Program-made: the position numbers and the translations under genes
Shown: piece by piece, positions 13,751 to 24,734 of the stretch
Layout: each line of letters starts with the position of its first letter
How positions within the stretch are numbered: position 1 is the first letter of the stretch
Assembly: GCA_030265395.1 (NCBI GenBank)
Contig: JARFYF010000054.1
Location: 22,692,297 to 22,756,296 of the forward strand
Direction: 5' to 3'
Origin: Rhina ancylostomus
Taxonomy: Eukaryota
Length of the DNA stretch: 64,000 nucleotides
The notes under the pieces: model-generated
Seen by the model: the letters and a program-made list of their open reading frames with translations, nothing else
What the model was told of the DNA's origin: nothing
Databases searched by the model: none

Positions 13751-15050
13751 ACAATTGCAAATAAAACTTCCCTATTTTTAAGCTCCAACCCTTTGCAAGG
13801 CCAAAATGCGGTTTGCTTCTTAACTGCCTGCCTTCTCGCATTTTTTTGATTTATGTCCTAGAACACCTAGATCCCTCTGTACTTCACTCACTTGTCATCT
13901 CTCTTCATTTAGAAAATAATCTGCCTTTTGAAGTGCATGACCTCACATTCCCCACGTAAAACTCCACTTGCCAGTCTTTTGCCCACTCACTCAATCTATC
14001 TATTTTCCCTTGGATAATCGCAGTATCTTTATAAGTACATGACCTTCCACCTAGTTTCTTATCATTGGCAAATTTGGAAATCTTGCATACTGTTCCTCCT
14101 TCTTTTAATTTATGCATCAGCCTCCTATGTAGCACCTTATCAAATGTCATTTGGAAATCTAAATACACTATCTATACATCATCTATAGGTTCCCCTCTTT
14201 CAACTATCCCCATTACATTTTCAAAGAGTTCGAGCAAGTTTGTCAAACATGATATACTTCTCATAAAGTGTTGACGAGGTTTAATTATATTCAGCTTTGC
14301 TATATGATTAGCTATTTCCTCTTTGATTATTGATTCNNNNNNNNNNNNNNNNNNNNNNNNNNNNNNNNNNNNNNNNNNNNNNNNNNNNNNNNNNNNNNNN
14401 NNNNNNNNNNNNNNNNNNNNNNNNNNNNNNNNNNNNATATTCAGCTTTGCTATATGATTAGCTATTTCCTCTTTGATTATTGATTCCAGCATCTTGCCAG
14501 TAATAGCTGTTAAACTAACTCACCTGTTGTTCTCTGTCTCCTGTCTTTCTCCTTTTTTGAACAAGGGAGTCATGTTGGTGGTTTTCCAATTTTCTGGTAC
14601 CCTCCCAGAGTTTAGCAAGTGATGAAAATTTTCAACCAACATGTCCACTCTCTCTGCAGCCACTTCTTTTAAAATCCTAGTGTGCAGACCAGTGGGTCTT
14701 GGTGACTTGTCTGTCTTTCTCCAATAATTTATATTGGAGAAAGACAATAATTCTCCAATATATACATCAAAAATATGCTGGAAGGCAGGCAGTTAAGAAG
14801 CAAACCGCATTTTAGCCTTTGTTGCAAAGGGTTGGAACTTAAAAATAGGGAAGTTTTTTTTTGCAATTGTTTTTAAAAAAAACCCTTCTAATCGGGGTTT
14901 TTGTAAGTTCTCCCACGTTATTTGAAATTTGCCTGTCTGATATCTTAGTGATATTGGCAATGTCTTCCACGGTGAAGACTGATGCAAAAAATGTATTCAA
15001 CATATCTGCCATTTTTCTAATATTATTAATTCACTGGCCTGTTGTTCTTC
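13751..15050 (-). mobile_element. CR1 LINE ORF2 (RT) fragment, internally deleted and rearranged
   Basis: Minus-strand ORFs give YLDFQMTFDKVLH, ISKFANDKKLGG, SCLTNLLELFE and PENWKTTNMTPLFKKG, all CR1 RT motifs. No 3' tail is present. Confidence 0.92.
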
Positions 15051-15509
15051 TCTTAAAATCAATTTGAAAACACAGAAAATAAAAGTACCAAATAAACCAC
15101 TTCAATTATTTTAAATAATTAAAAAGAAAAGTGCATGATAAATAATTAAACAAATTGCAACTTTTCCTCAGAGACTAGGATCACTGACCTTTTTGCCAGG
15201 TTTAACTTGGTACAGGATCTGTGAACAGATTGCCCTATTGCAAATGCAGGGAAATTCCAGCAAGTTTGTGCTGCACAGCTGGAGTTCTGAGTGAAACAAC
15301 AGGGCATTGTGACAGATTTACTGACAGGAATCTGTCAGGGAGTTCAGGACGTTTGGATGCACCTAGGACAATGACTCAAATATACTCATGTCTCTACAGG
15401 TAAGTGCTGGCAGTTTGCTGTGGAACTGCCAGCAAAATCTTTTCCTTTAAATTGGAGTACTTTTGAAATTGGGTTTCATCTTTTTTAGTGTGCCGCTACA
15501 TTGTTGGAA

Positions 15510-15700
15510 GTAGAAATAAAAACAGAAAATGTTGGAAAAATTCAGCAGGTCAAGCAGCACTGTGGAAAGAGCATTGGTCAACATTTTGGGTCTGTGGCCT
15601 TTTGTCAGTACAAGAGGAATGCAAGTTAGTTTTCAGTAGGAGAGAAGGCGAGGGAAGAATGTGCCAAATGAAGGGAATGGCTGTGATATGGCAAGTTAAA
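15510..15700 (-). mobile_element. Penelope-derived terminal repeat fragment
   Basis: 'aaaaacagaaaatgttggaaaaattcagcaggtcaagcagcactgtggaaaga', then a purine-rich flank; same family as 70-200. Confidence 0.65.
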
Positions 15701-15829
15701 ATGGTTTAATTGGAGCATTTACCAACATATGAAGCTTCATCTATGTAATGTGTTGTTAATGGTCAGCCTCTAGAACTGCCTAACAGGCTAACCTATACGT
15801 GTTGGATAAGAAAAATTGAACCAATGTGA

Positions 15830-16030
15830 TATGAAAGCAGAAAATGGAAAATGCATGAAAAACTCAGGTCAAGCAGCATCTGTGGAAGGGAAAGCCATTA
15901 ACACTTTGAATGAGGTATCTTACCGTCAGACCTGAGAAATAGAGAAACAAGTTGGCCGAGGTGGCAACAAAGTGGAGGAGAGTGATGGGTGGAACAAAAG
16001 AAGGTCCTCTGGTCGTGTGACAGATGGGAT
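15830..16030 (-). mobile_element. Penelope-derived terminal repeat fragment
   Basis: 'gaaaatgcatgaaaaactcaggtcaagcagcatctgtggaaggg..ttaacactttga'. Confidence 0.6.
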
Positions 16031-17854
16031 TCAGATTAAGCTACTGTGGCTGTGTAATTTGTTGCTAATTTGGTTCTGACCCACTGGGACATGCCCAGCA
16101 AAAGCTAGGCTAAACACAGAGGAAAAGCAAAAAAGATAGCAGGTAAAAATGNNNNNNNNNNNNNNNNNNNNNNNNNNNNNNNNNNNNNNNNNNNNNNNNN
16201 NNNNNNNNNNNNNNNNNNNNNNNNNNNNNNNNNNNNNNNNNNNNNNNNNNNNNNNNNNNNNNNNNNNNNNNNNNNNNNNNNNNNNNNNNNNNNNNNNNNN
16301 NNNNNNNNNNNNNNNNNNNNNNNNNNNNNNNNNNNNNNNNNNNNNNNNNNNNNNNNNNNNNNNNNNNNNNNNNNNNNNNNNNNNNNNNNNNNNNNNNNNN
16401 NNNNNNNNNNNNNNNNNNNNNNNNNNNNNNNNNNNNNNNNNNNNNNNNNNNNNNNNNNNNNNNNNNNNNNNNNNNNNNNNNNNNNNNNNNNNNNNNNNNN
16501 NNNNNNNNNNNNNNCCTACCCTCTACCTCCCACACAGACTCATTGATATTTCCCCCATGGGCGCGCACACGCACACGCACACGCAAGCAATCCATCCTCT
16601 ACAAACAGATCACCTGTAAATGTATAATTAAAAGGTTATTTGCCCTGGAGCCTCTATTGAGTCAGAAGCTGCCAGGAAAAGGAGGGAAGCTACCAAGACT
16701 TGGTTGGGACTGGGGGTGAATCTCTCAAGCACAGCCTCCCACTAGGCGAAAGGAGAAAACTCTCCTCCTCTTCGTGGGAAGAGGAACTAGTGAATTCCTC
16801 GGGAGTTAAATTTTTTGAAAAAAAAACACTCTTCACTAGTTTGAACATAGTCTATATATCATATTGCGTTTTAGAGCCAATTTGTGAATAGTACCATTAA
16901 GAAATGAGAGGCTCCTCATATAATACCAAACTGTAGAGGGGTTGTGCTCTTTGTTTTATTGTGAGTGCCAGCTGCTCGTTATTTTGTGGGCTCCAGTTTT
17001 CATCAGGAAGCCTTCAATCACTGTGCACTGCAAGTTACGTCTTTAGTTGCATATACGACGTGATAAAATAAGACAGTGTACTGTGGACGCCAACAAGAAA
17101 TTCCTATTCAATCTCATGATTGAAGTAATTTTTGCCTTAAGCAATTAGCTCCAGGTTACATCGATTCTGCATTGTGCAGTACTGAAGAAAATAGTGCCGT
17201 GTGATCTAAGTTCAAGGCATAAAAGTTCTGTTTATTGCAAAGTCTTGCCAAAACTCATCAGGGTGAGATCTATAAGTGAATGAATAGGATCTGCTAAACT
17301 ATATTTAATGAATTTGGGCTGTGCCTGTTCAACTTTGGATGCACCTGTTTGACTCTTAGCAATGAATGAATGTGATTGCCTCCTTATTTTGTTGCCTGCA
17401 GGAGCGACCTTGAATCATTTGTTGGATGCATTGGTGACAGAGAGTGACTTAATATGTTTTGACTATTCATCCTATTCTGGTTTGTGATGTACATTAATTA
17501 CCTATACTTTATTGTGGCTGTAAAATCCAACTTATTGGTTATAAAAGCTGTGTACAGGATATTTACATTGGACGTTAACATTTTCAAATTGCTTCAGTGC
17601 ATAAATCACATCCTCAGTTTTGCAGCTCATTAAATCTGCATTAATTCCTCATTCCTCACACTGGATTTGACAAAATGTGCCCACATATATCAGCAGTTCA
17701 GAAAAAGTGGGCCTGTTTCATTGATTGCCTAGTGGTGAGAATACATCTGAACTTATTTAGTTTGGATGCAATTGAATATGATCTCTCTCTCTGATCTTAT
17801 GATGGCTTACATCCAAAGCCATTGCAAACTGCTGCACAAAAATCAAACTTGCAA

Positions 17855-18450
17855 CCCAGGGTATGCCAAACTGTTGGAGGTGCCATCTTTCATTAAGCCG
17901 AGGCTCCCTTTGCACACTCAGGTAAATGTAAAAGATCCCATGTTACTATTCTGAAGAAAATCAGTGGATTTATCTTTTGTGTCCTGGGCAATATTTATCC
18001 TTCATTCCCCATTATTAATAAATGCATTATTAATTACCTTAGGGGAGTTGGCTATTCAGGACAAATATAAGAAGAAATTTCTTCACCTAGAGGGAAGGAA
18101 TCTTTGGAATTCACTACCCAAGGGTGTGTGGAGGTTCTCAATATATTCAGAAGTGTGATGGATACATTTTTAGATGTTAAAGACATGAGTGCAGGAAAGT
18201 GGTGCTGAAGTAACAATCAGTGATGATATTATTGATTGTCAGAGCTGGCATGAAGGGCTGAATGGTCTTCTCCTGTTTTGGTTTCTTATGTTCTTATATT
18301 TGCATCATTATTTTTGGAAGACTGCCGTGTGCAAATTGGCTGCCTCATATCTTGTGTAATAATGGTGATTACATCTCAGAAGTATTTCATCGAAAGTGGT
18401 TTGAGAGATCCTGAGAGTGGTCTGATATTAACACAGGTTTCTCTATGTAA
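17855..18450 (+). mobile_element. SacSINE1-like Deu SINE interrupted by a HER1 insertion
   Basis: Deu domain 'ctgttggaggtgccatcttt..ctcaggtaaatgtaaaagatcccatgttactattctgaagaa..gtcctgggcaatatttatcc' runs to ~18030 and resumes at ~18298 with 'gtgtgcaaattggctgcc..aagtatttcat'. Confidence 0.85.
18040..18297 (+). mobile_element. HER1/CR1 LINE 3' end
   Basis: Encodes KKKFLHLEGRNLWNSLP (CR1 C-terminus); 3'UTR 'gaagggctgaatggtcttctcctg' and tail 'tcttatgttcttat'. Confidence 0.9.
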
Positions 18451-18561
18451 ACACTAAAATGGCTACCTTTAAATCTGGTTATCCAAACTTGGGAGCCAAT
18501 TGAATTTATGAGCTTGTTCCAAAGGCATTGTTGTGATGAGATAGTGAAATGTATAGAAATG

Positions 18562-18765
18562 GAGACACAAGAGACTGCAGATGCTGGAATGTGGAGCAAT
18601 ACCAGAATGCTGAAGGAAGACAGTGGGTAAACCAGCATCTGTGGAGGGTATTGGTTTATTATGGACAGTTGATGTTTCACTTCAGATGAGACCCTTCATC
18701 TGGACTGGGCATTTCCTTCCACAGAAGTGATCCACTGAGTTCCTCCAGCATTTTGCTTGTTGCAA
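18562..18765. mobile_element. Palindromic Penelope-derived element with hammerhead remnant
   Basis: Left arm 'gacacaagagactgcagatgctggaatgtggagcaa..cagcatctgtgga'; inverted right arm 'tccacagaag..ctgagttcctccagca'. The reverse complement of 18666-18707 is CAGTC-CAGATGA-AGGGTCTCATCT-GAAGT-GAAAC-ATC-AACTG. Confidence 0.8.
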
Positions 18766-20677
18766 CAAATGGAAATGATTGTTTATTCATCAACCAGGTT
18801 TTCAAAATGGGAATTCCATGGTGCACCCTGAGATGGAGGGGAATGGAAACACTACAGGAAAAGGCAGCTACCAGCAGCAGAATAAACAAAGATGAAAGTT
18901 GACAAAGGTATAATCTCACCACAATTACGAGTCCATTTTGGGGTCTTTAAATCAACCTTTATTTAAGTCCCACTTAGCAATGCCGGATGCCAATTTTACG
19001 CAGCTATGACTTATGTTAATGAGGCAATAATTGCAGGAAATTGGAGCTATGTGATTGCCAACACATATAAATGTGCTGACAGTTTCAGAGGAAACTGTGT
19101 GCAGAAAAATGTATGGACAATAAGATAATCAGGAGAATGCACTATCACAGGTTTCCCTTGGATCTCAGCTTAGCCAGGAAATGTGCAATGGTATTGTCTT
19201 CAATATTCAGGCTTGAGTAGATAATAGTCAGTAGACACTGAGCAAGGCAATGGAGAGAGTGACTGGAGCTTCTTGAACCTAAGTTAGAGTGAGAAAAGAG
19301 GGAGGGGGTGTGATTAGCCAAGTGGGGGAAGAAAGACATTAATTGGTGTATCATAATTGAAGTTTACAAGCCTTCTATCTTTTCAAGGACAGGAGACATA
19401 TTTATTTNNNNNNNNNNNNNNNNNNNNNNNNNNNNNNNNNNNNNNNNNNNNNNNNNATAATTTAATGAATAAAATATCACATTATGCTATGCAAGGTTGA
19501 GGGAGGTTCCAGGGAGGGGAGAGAAATGAGTTTTGTCGAATGAGACTTGGAAATTAATTATGATAGACTCATACTCCACTCTTGTGGAGAGAGATCCAGT
19601 GAGACAATGGGAACAAGTAACTCTTGAATAAAAAGAACATAACTTCCCCCCAAAAAAATCCCTGATTTCACTTAATATTCATGTATTAAGTGATGTTTTT
19701 GAGGTGTATTTGTGAACAAGGTTTTAAAAGTTTGAAGATGTTGGTTCTTTTCAAGACTTAGCACTTCTGCAAATCATTTTGTTGATGAACCTGTGGAGCT
19801 TGCAAAGTGAAATCATTATCAGCAAACAAAATAGACAACAAGGAAACTTCGATCACAGTGCCACGTGTCATGTGCTTTAAGTCAGGCATTATCCTTTTAA
19901 TGGCTATCAGATAAAATGGAAGGCAGCCCTTCTAATTGAAACAGGATCCAGGGCTTTTGTTTATGCAATAGTCCATGTAAGTGCAAGGGTAATAGCTCGC
20001 ATGTGGAAGTGGAATGTTTTATTTAACAAAGATAAATTAAAGAAAATATACTGTTCAGCAAGCCGATATGATGTTTTGCAGTATGCCTAACACAAGAGAA
20101 ACCTTTTCTCCCAGGATAGGATTCTGACCTCTACACTGTGAAGTTGTAGTACTGCATTATGCAGATACTGAGGGAGCAGGTGCTCCTAGCTTCAGTTTAA
20201 TGCAACATTAAGAGGCAGAGAGTTGGTTAACACTTTATCAATGCCAGACGAGATGGAACGTGAAACAGTTCCAAGCAGTTGTTGATCCTATCTCTATTAA
20301 GCACAGTCACACAGCCATGCAGAGTTGGTGTTTGCTCTCTGAATCCTAAATTTAAGCCTCTTGAATTTTTGTGTGTTTGTGTTTGTAAAGTTGGACTTGC
20401 TATACTTTTCCTAACCTTATGCTGTTGTGTGCTGGGTTTGCTAACTTCAAGCCAAATGGTGGTCCGTCATTTTGTTTTGTCAGACTTTGGAATGGAACAG
20501 GCTGTCACTATTATACACTGACATTAATTTGTTGTGCTGCAAGGAGAACAGGTTGCACAAAGCTGGACTTTTTAATCACCAAAACAGATGTTAACGACAT
20601 TTCAGGGTGTCAGCAGAAATTGGTCTGAGAATCAACAGTCACTGTTCACTCTTCTGTGTGAAAATAGCTATTACTGA

Positions 20678-20892
20678 GGCACAAGAGACTGCAGATGCTG
20701 GAATCTGGAGCAACAAACTATCTGCTGGAGGAACTCAGCAAGTCTAGCAGTATCTGTGGGGGAAATGAATGGTTGATGTTTCAGGTCGAAACCAGGTAAC
20801 TTCAGATCCTGATGCAGGGTTTTGACCCAAAATCTCGACAATTCCTTTCCTCCCACAGATGCTGCTCGGCTCGCTGAGTTCCTGCAGCAGAT
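20678..20892. mobile_element. Palindromic Penelope-derived element with hammerhead remnant (well preserved)
   Basis: Arms ~20720-20793 and ~20815-20892 are reverse-complementary. CTGATG-CA-GGGT-TTTG-ACCC-AAAA-TCTCGAC lies at 20809-20839. Truncated by an N-gap. Confidence 0.85.
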
Positions 20893-20993
20893 TNNNNNNN
20901 NNNNNNNNNNNNNNNNNNNNNNNNNNNNNNNNNNNNNNNNNNNNNNNNNNNNNNNNNNNNNNNNNNNNNNNNNNNNNNNNNNNNNNNNNNNNN

Positions 20994-21210
20994 CTGACCC
21001 CAGGAGTGTGTGATGGGACGGTGCGGAGGGAGCCTCACCCTGTGTCTTACCCCGGGAGTGTGTGACGGGACGGTGCGGAGGGAGCTTCACCCTGAGTGTC
21101 TGATCCCAGGAGTGTGTGACAGGATGGTGCGGAGGGTGCTTCACTCTGCTGTTCGTGCCCTGGGAGAGTTTGACCGGACGGAGCTAGGAAGATTTACAAC
21201 ACATCTAATC
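20994..21210. repeat. 52-bp chondrichthyan minisatellite (3 good units plus 1 degenerate)
   Basis: Unit 'ctgaccccaggagtgtgtgatgggacggtgcggagggagcctcaccctgtgt' at 20994-21045, 21046-21099 and 21100-~21152, adjacent to a gap. Confidence 0.92.
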
Positions 21211-21699
21211 TGGTGGTGTTGAGTACTTACATTAAGGAGCCACAATAGAAGCTTCCTGTTTGCCCCCCTTATCTGTCTGAGTGGTCCTGATAGGAAATGG
21301 TCCTGGAATAGGCAGGCTGCTGCACAACACATTACACGCTCACAATTTATTCTGCATATGGTTCAAGATTAACCTTGCCCTTCTTCCTTACTTTGCTACA
21401 GCTACAACCACCTTCCAATGCCCACTTGTCTTGACCTAACCACTTCGAGAATGACATGGGTGTTCAAACCCATGGGGGCCACAGAGCAAAGGCCCAACAC
21501 CTGATCAACCCAGGTTGCAGAGGAAGTCATGCTGCTATCAGGATTGTCCAGGGTAGTCCACACTTATGATCCCTGAAAAAAATCCAATGATGAACAAATC
21601 TGTCTGTATGGCTCTCTCAGTTGAAGTTGATGTCACTATCACTCTCAACTTCTCAGGGTCTGGATCACTCCAGCTGTTGATGTTTGTCCCAGATCACAG

Positions 21700-21965
21700 T
21701 CTGCTCCTTACCACTGCTTTGGTGAAGAGATTGATCCTTTCTCCTCCACAAGGCTAGACCTCATCGACTTCTCTTTCAGTCCACAGGAGCCTGTGTTCTT
21801 GCAGAGACCTCACTTGCAACTTCCTGCCAGAGGCACCAAGCTCTGGAGGTCCCATGGCCTGCTTGAATGGAGGGCATCCCTCCTGGGGTGATATGACCCA
21901 CTAGCCTCTCAAGGTCCTCCAAAGTAGAAATTTGCTTAGGTGCTTGTAGCTGTAAGAAATTTGAC
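21700..21965 (-). mobile_element. Harbinger-type Myb/SANT-like protein remnant
   Basis: ORF 21776-21967(-) contains DLERLV...LWQEVASEVSART; just downstream, CGGERINLFTKA resembles QCRKRINDL.RA. Confidence 0.55.
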
Positions 21966-23499
21966 AAGAGCTTTTTGGTACTACTAAAGGTTTCTGAAAC
22001 AGCCTTGTGAGGATCTGCTCAATAAACCTGGGAACATGCTTCTGCCCTCGTCATTAGAACAGCCATGGTGGAGTATTCATCACTCTCCAGTGGCTGGAGG
22101 AGTGCTGATGGCATTGTGCACTTATGCCTTCAATAGTCGCTGATGAGCCCTCAGCAACATGGCTCGGTGCTGGTAGATTTGAAAAATTGGAGTAATGCCC
22201 ACTGTTTCTGAAACAGCAGCACTCAGTAAACCCGAGAGCCAACCCTCCCAGCCGAGGGGCCCAACAGGACCTAACTATTCACTGGGTTAGGCAGCGCACA
22301 TGAAGAGTGTGATTACACGAGAGAGCCCAATCATTAGGAAGTGTAATATTAAAACCCGACCTGAACCCAAGATTTTATAATTTTTTCCATAACCAACCCA
22401 ACACATTCAATCCAAAAAGTTAAGCAATCTCAAGCATGCTCTTCACATTCACTGAAGCTCTACTAAGATTAGACCTGTACAGAGCCGAACTGGCACAGCA
22501 CTGTCCAACCCAATCTGCATGTTGTTGGGTCCCATTCGGCTCCAGTGGGGAAGTCAGACTCCGACAACAATGGTCCTGTTCTAAAATGGCACTGTCAAAT
22601 TTTCAGAGGTTTTCAAAGCAGCAACAGGGAGACGGGGACACTGCACAAACATATCAACGCTGAGAAAGAGGTTCACGTGCCTTCCCAGGCCTATATTCCC
22701 ATATTTGATTGGTGGTTTTGTATTGTATCTGATCAATTTTACCTAATTTCAATTAATTTCAAGTAGGCTCTAACCACTTAATTCAGCATGATATCAAGGG
22801 TGCCCATCCAACATGGACTCTGGGTTTTCCAAAGTGCTGTTTGCAGAGGTTTACTACAACCTCAGAAGATGCAATCCACAGTATATTTAGAACCCTGATT
22901 TATATCAGTGTGTTTTGACTACAAAAGCTTTTCCCCCATAAATAATTTCTTGCATTTTGTGAAAAGGAAGATTCTGTTGCATTTTGTTGTGGTTTTTTTC
23001 TGAATTTGCCATATTTCATCGATACTAGACATTACGTGCATAAAAGCATATTGAATTTTAAAATCAGGGGTTGTAAGTTAACAGTGATAATTGTCTTCAG
23101 AAAAGATGTCACAAATAATTTCATTTATCCTTCAGCATTATGCAATATCAGTACATGACTATATCCCTAAAGTAGCACTATATGTGTGCACACATTGACT
23201 TCAAAAAACAGTACTGCCTGTTAATGCCCATGTAAAATGTTAACAACTTTGAAGATGTTTTTCCTCAATTAAATGTTTTTCAATTGCAGCATTTGAATTT
23301 CAAAGTTATTCACACTGATTTGTTTAATGGCATTTCAGCGATGAGAGTCTTTTTGTAGAATTTGGGGGGAAAAAATCTGAGCTATTTAAGAAAGTTAACT
23401 GACATCACAATAGGAAGAATTTTATCTGTGAAATGAATAACAAAGGTACTTGAATGTATTAAAAATCACGCATCAGTATAATAGCTTTAATTCTTAAAT

Positions 23500-24060
23500 A
23501 TGGCTGTTGAAATTCTTTTGCATTGTCAGATGTTATTTCTCCTTACCCAGGATTTCATGAATGTAAAGTGTGCTCTGGTAGAAGGATCCTGTTTATTAGT
23601 TCAACTGAATGCTGATGATGGCTTGCCCAGTGAGCTTGACAGAGCCAAAGCCTGTGATTTTATTTATGGTCCTGTCAGTGATACACACTTGTGGTTGTGC
23701 AAGAATTCAAAGCCCAAATTACTCGCCAGTGACAAATGGCTACTGCTTTCTACTCCATTTCACAAGGCAGAGCATGGCTGCACCCTTGGATGGATGTGAC
23801 CTTTCTGATGATGCCTTTGCAGCTCCCTGGAGGCCTTCAGGAGCTGTAATGGACTCAGCGTTAATTGCTAGATGAAGGACAGCAGCAGTTCCTTGCAGGC
23901 TGATTCCCGATCCCCTGTGACTACAGCTGTCCAGTCCTGTGAAAAGATTGTTCTGACACACAAACATTTCAGCTCCCGAGTTCAATCAATGCACCTCACT
24001 CTGCGTACACACAAGCACAGTGCTGGCTTTAGTGGTTTCCAATCTGTCTGCTGAGCAGTG
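23500..24060. promoter_or_regulatory. Candidate conserved non-coding element or enhancer
   Basis: No recognised repeat, high complexity, adjacent TTTATGG (Hox-type) and CTGTCA (Meis-type) words at ~23662-23678. Conservation not tested. Confidence 0.35.
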
Positions 24061-24734
24061 AAAGTAGTTGCCAATTGTTAAGCCCAAAGAGACCATAATC
24101 CTCCATTCCTGCGGTATACAAGTGCAAATAGAAGATATTCAGCATATTACAGTGGAACTGGCCGATTCAGAGTTATTTGTAAGGATCAGTATTGTCTTTG
24201 ATGACTCAATAATTATATTGGTGCAAGATGAATTCTGATGAATTCCTGCACTGCTGATTTTTCACCATTTATTTTGTATTTTTACTTCACCCTTGTTGTA
24301 GGTCCAGTTTCTCTCTGAATGACTCCTAACTACAAAATTTCTGTCTCCATTGATAACGTGCAGATGTTCATGTCGTAATACTAATCCATGTCTACAATTA
24401 GCTCCACTCCATGATTAGCTACAACGATAACTGGTTCAGGCCAAGAAAACTAAATGATCTTAGTTTTCCCATCTGAAAGTATGGAGACCCTTTCTCCCCT
24501 TTGGTGCCCAGACTAACATCACGTCAGTTTGAATGACAGACGTCTCTGAATTTTAAACTTAAAGCATTCTCATTTGGAAGATATATTCTCAAGTCATATT
24601 AACAGCAGAAGGCCCAACACTGTTAAACTATTACTTTGATGAAATATAATGGATGAACCTCTGAACTGAGCATTTTTCAGTTTAGACTGAACTTGATAAA
24701 TCTTTCTTTGAAAATAAGAAGGCATTCTAAATAA

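Noticed and set aside
14287-14486. Exact 50-bp direct repeat flanking a gap
   Set aside because: Both copies abut a 100-N gap; this is overlapping contig ends, an assembly artefact.
15200-15399. Coding exon ending at CAG/GTAAGT
   Set aside because: In-frame stop directly after the best acceptor, unrecognised peptide and probable repeat origin.
20994-21210. Regularly spaced repeats as a CRISPR-like array
   Set aside because: Head-to-tail units with no unique spacers, in vertebrate DNA; a dispersed chondrichthyan minisatellite.
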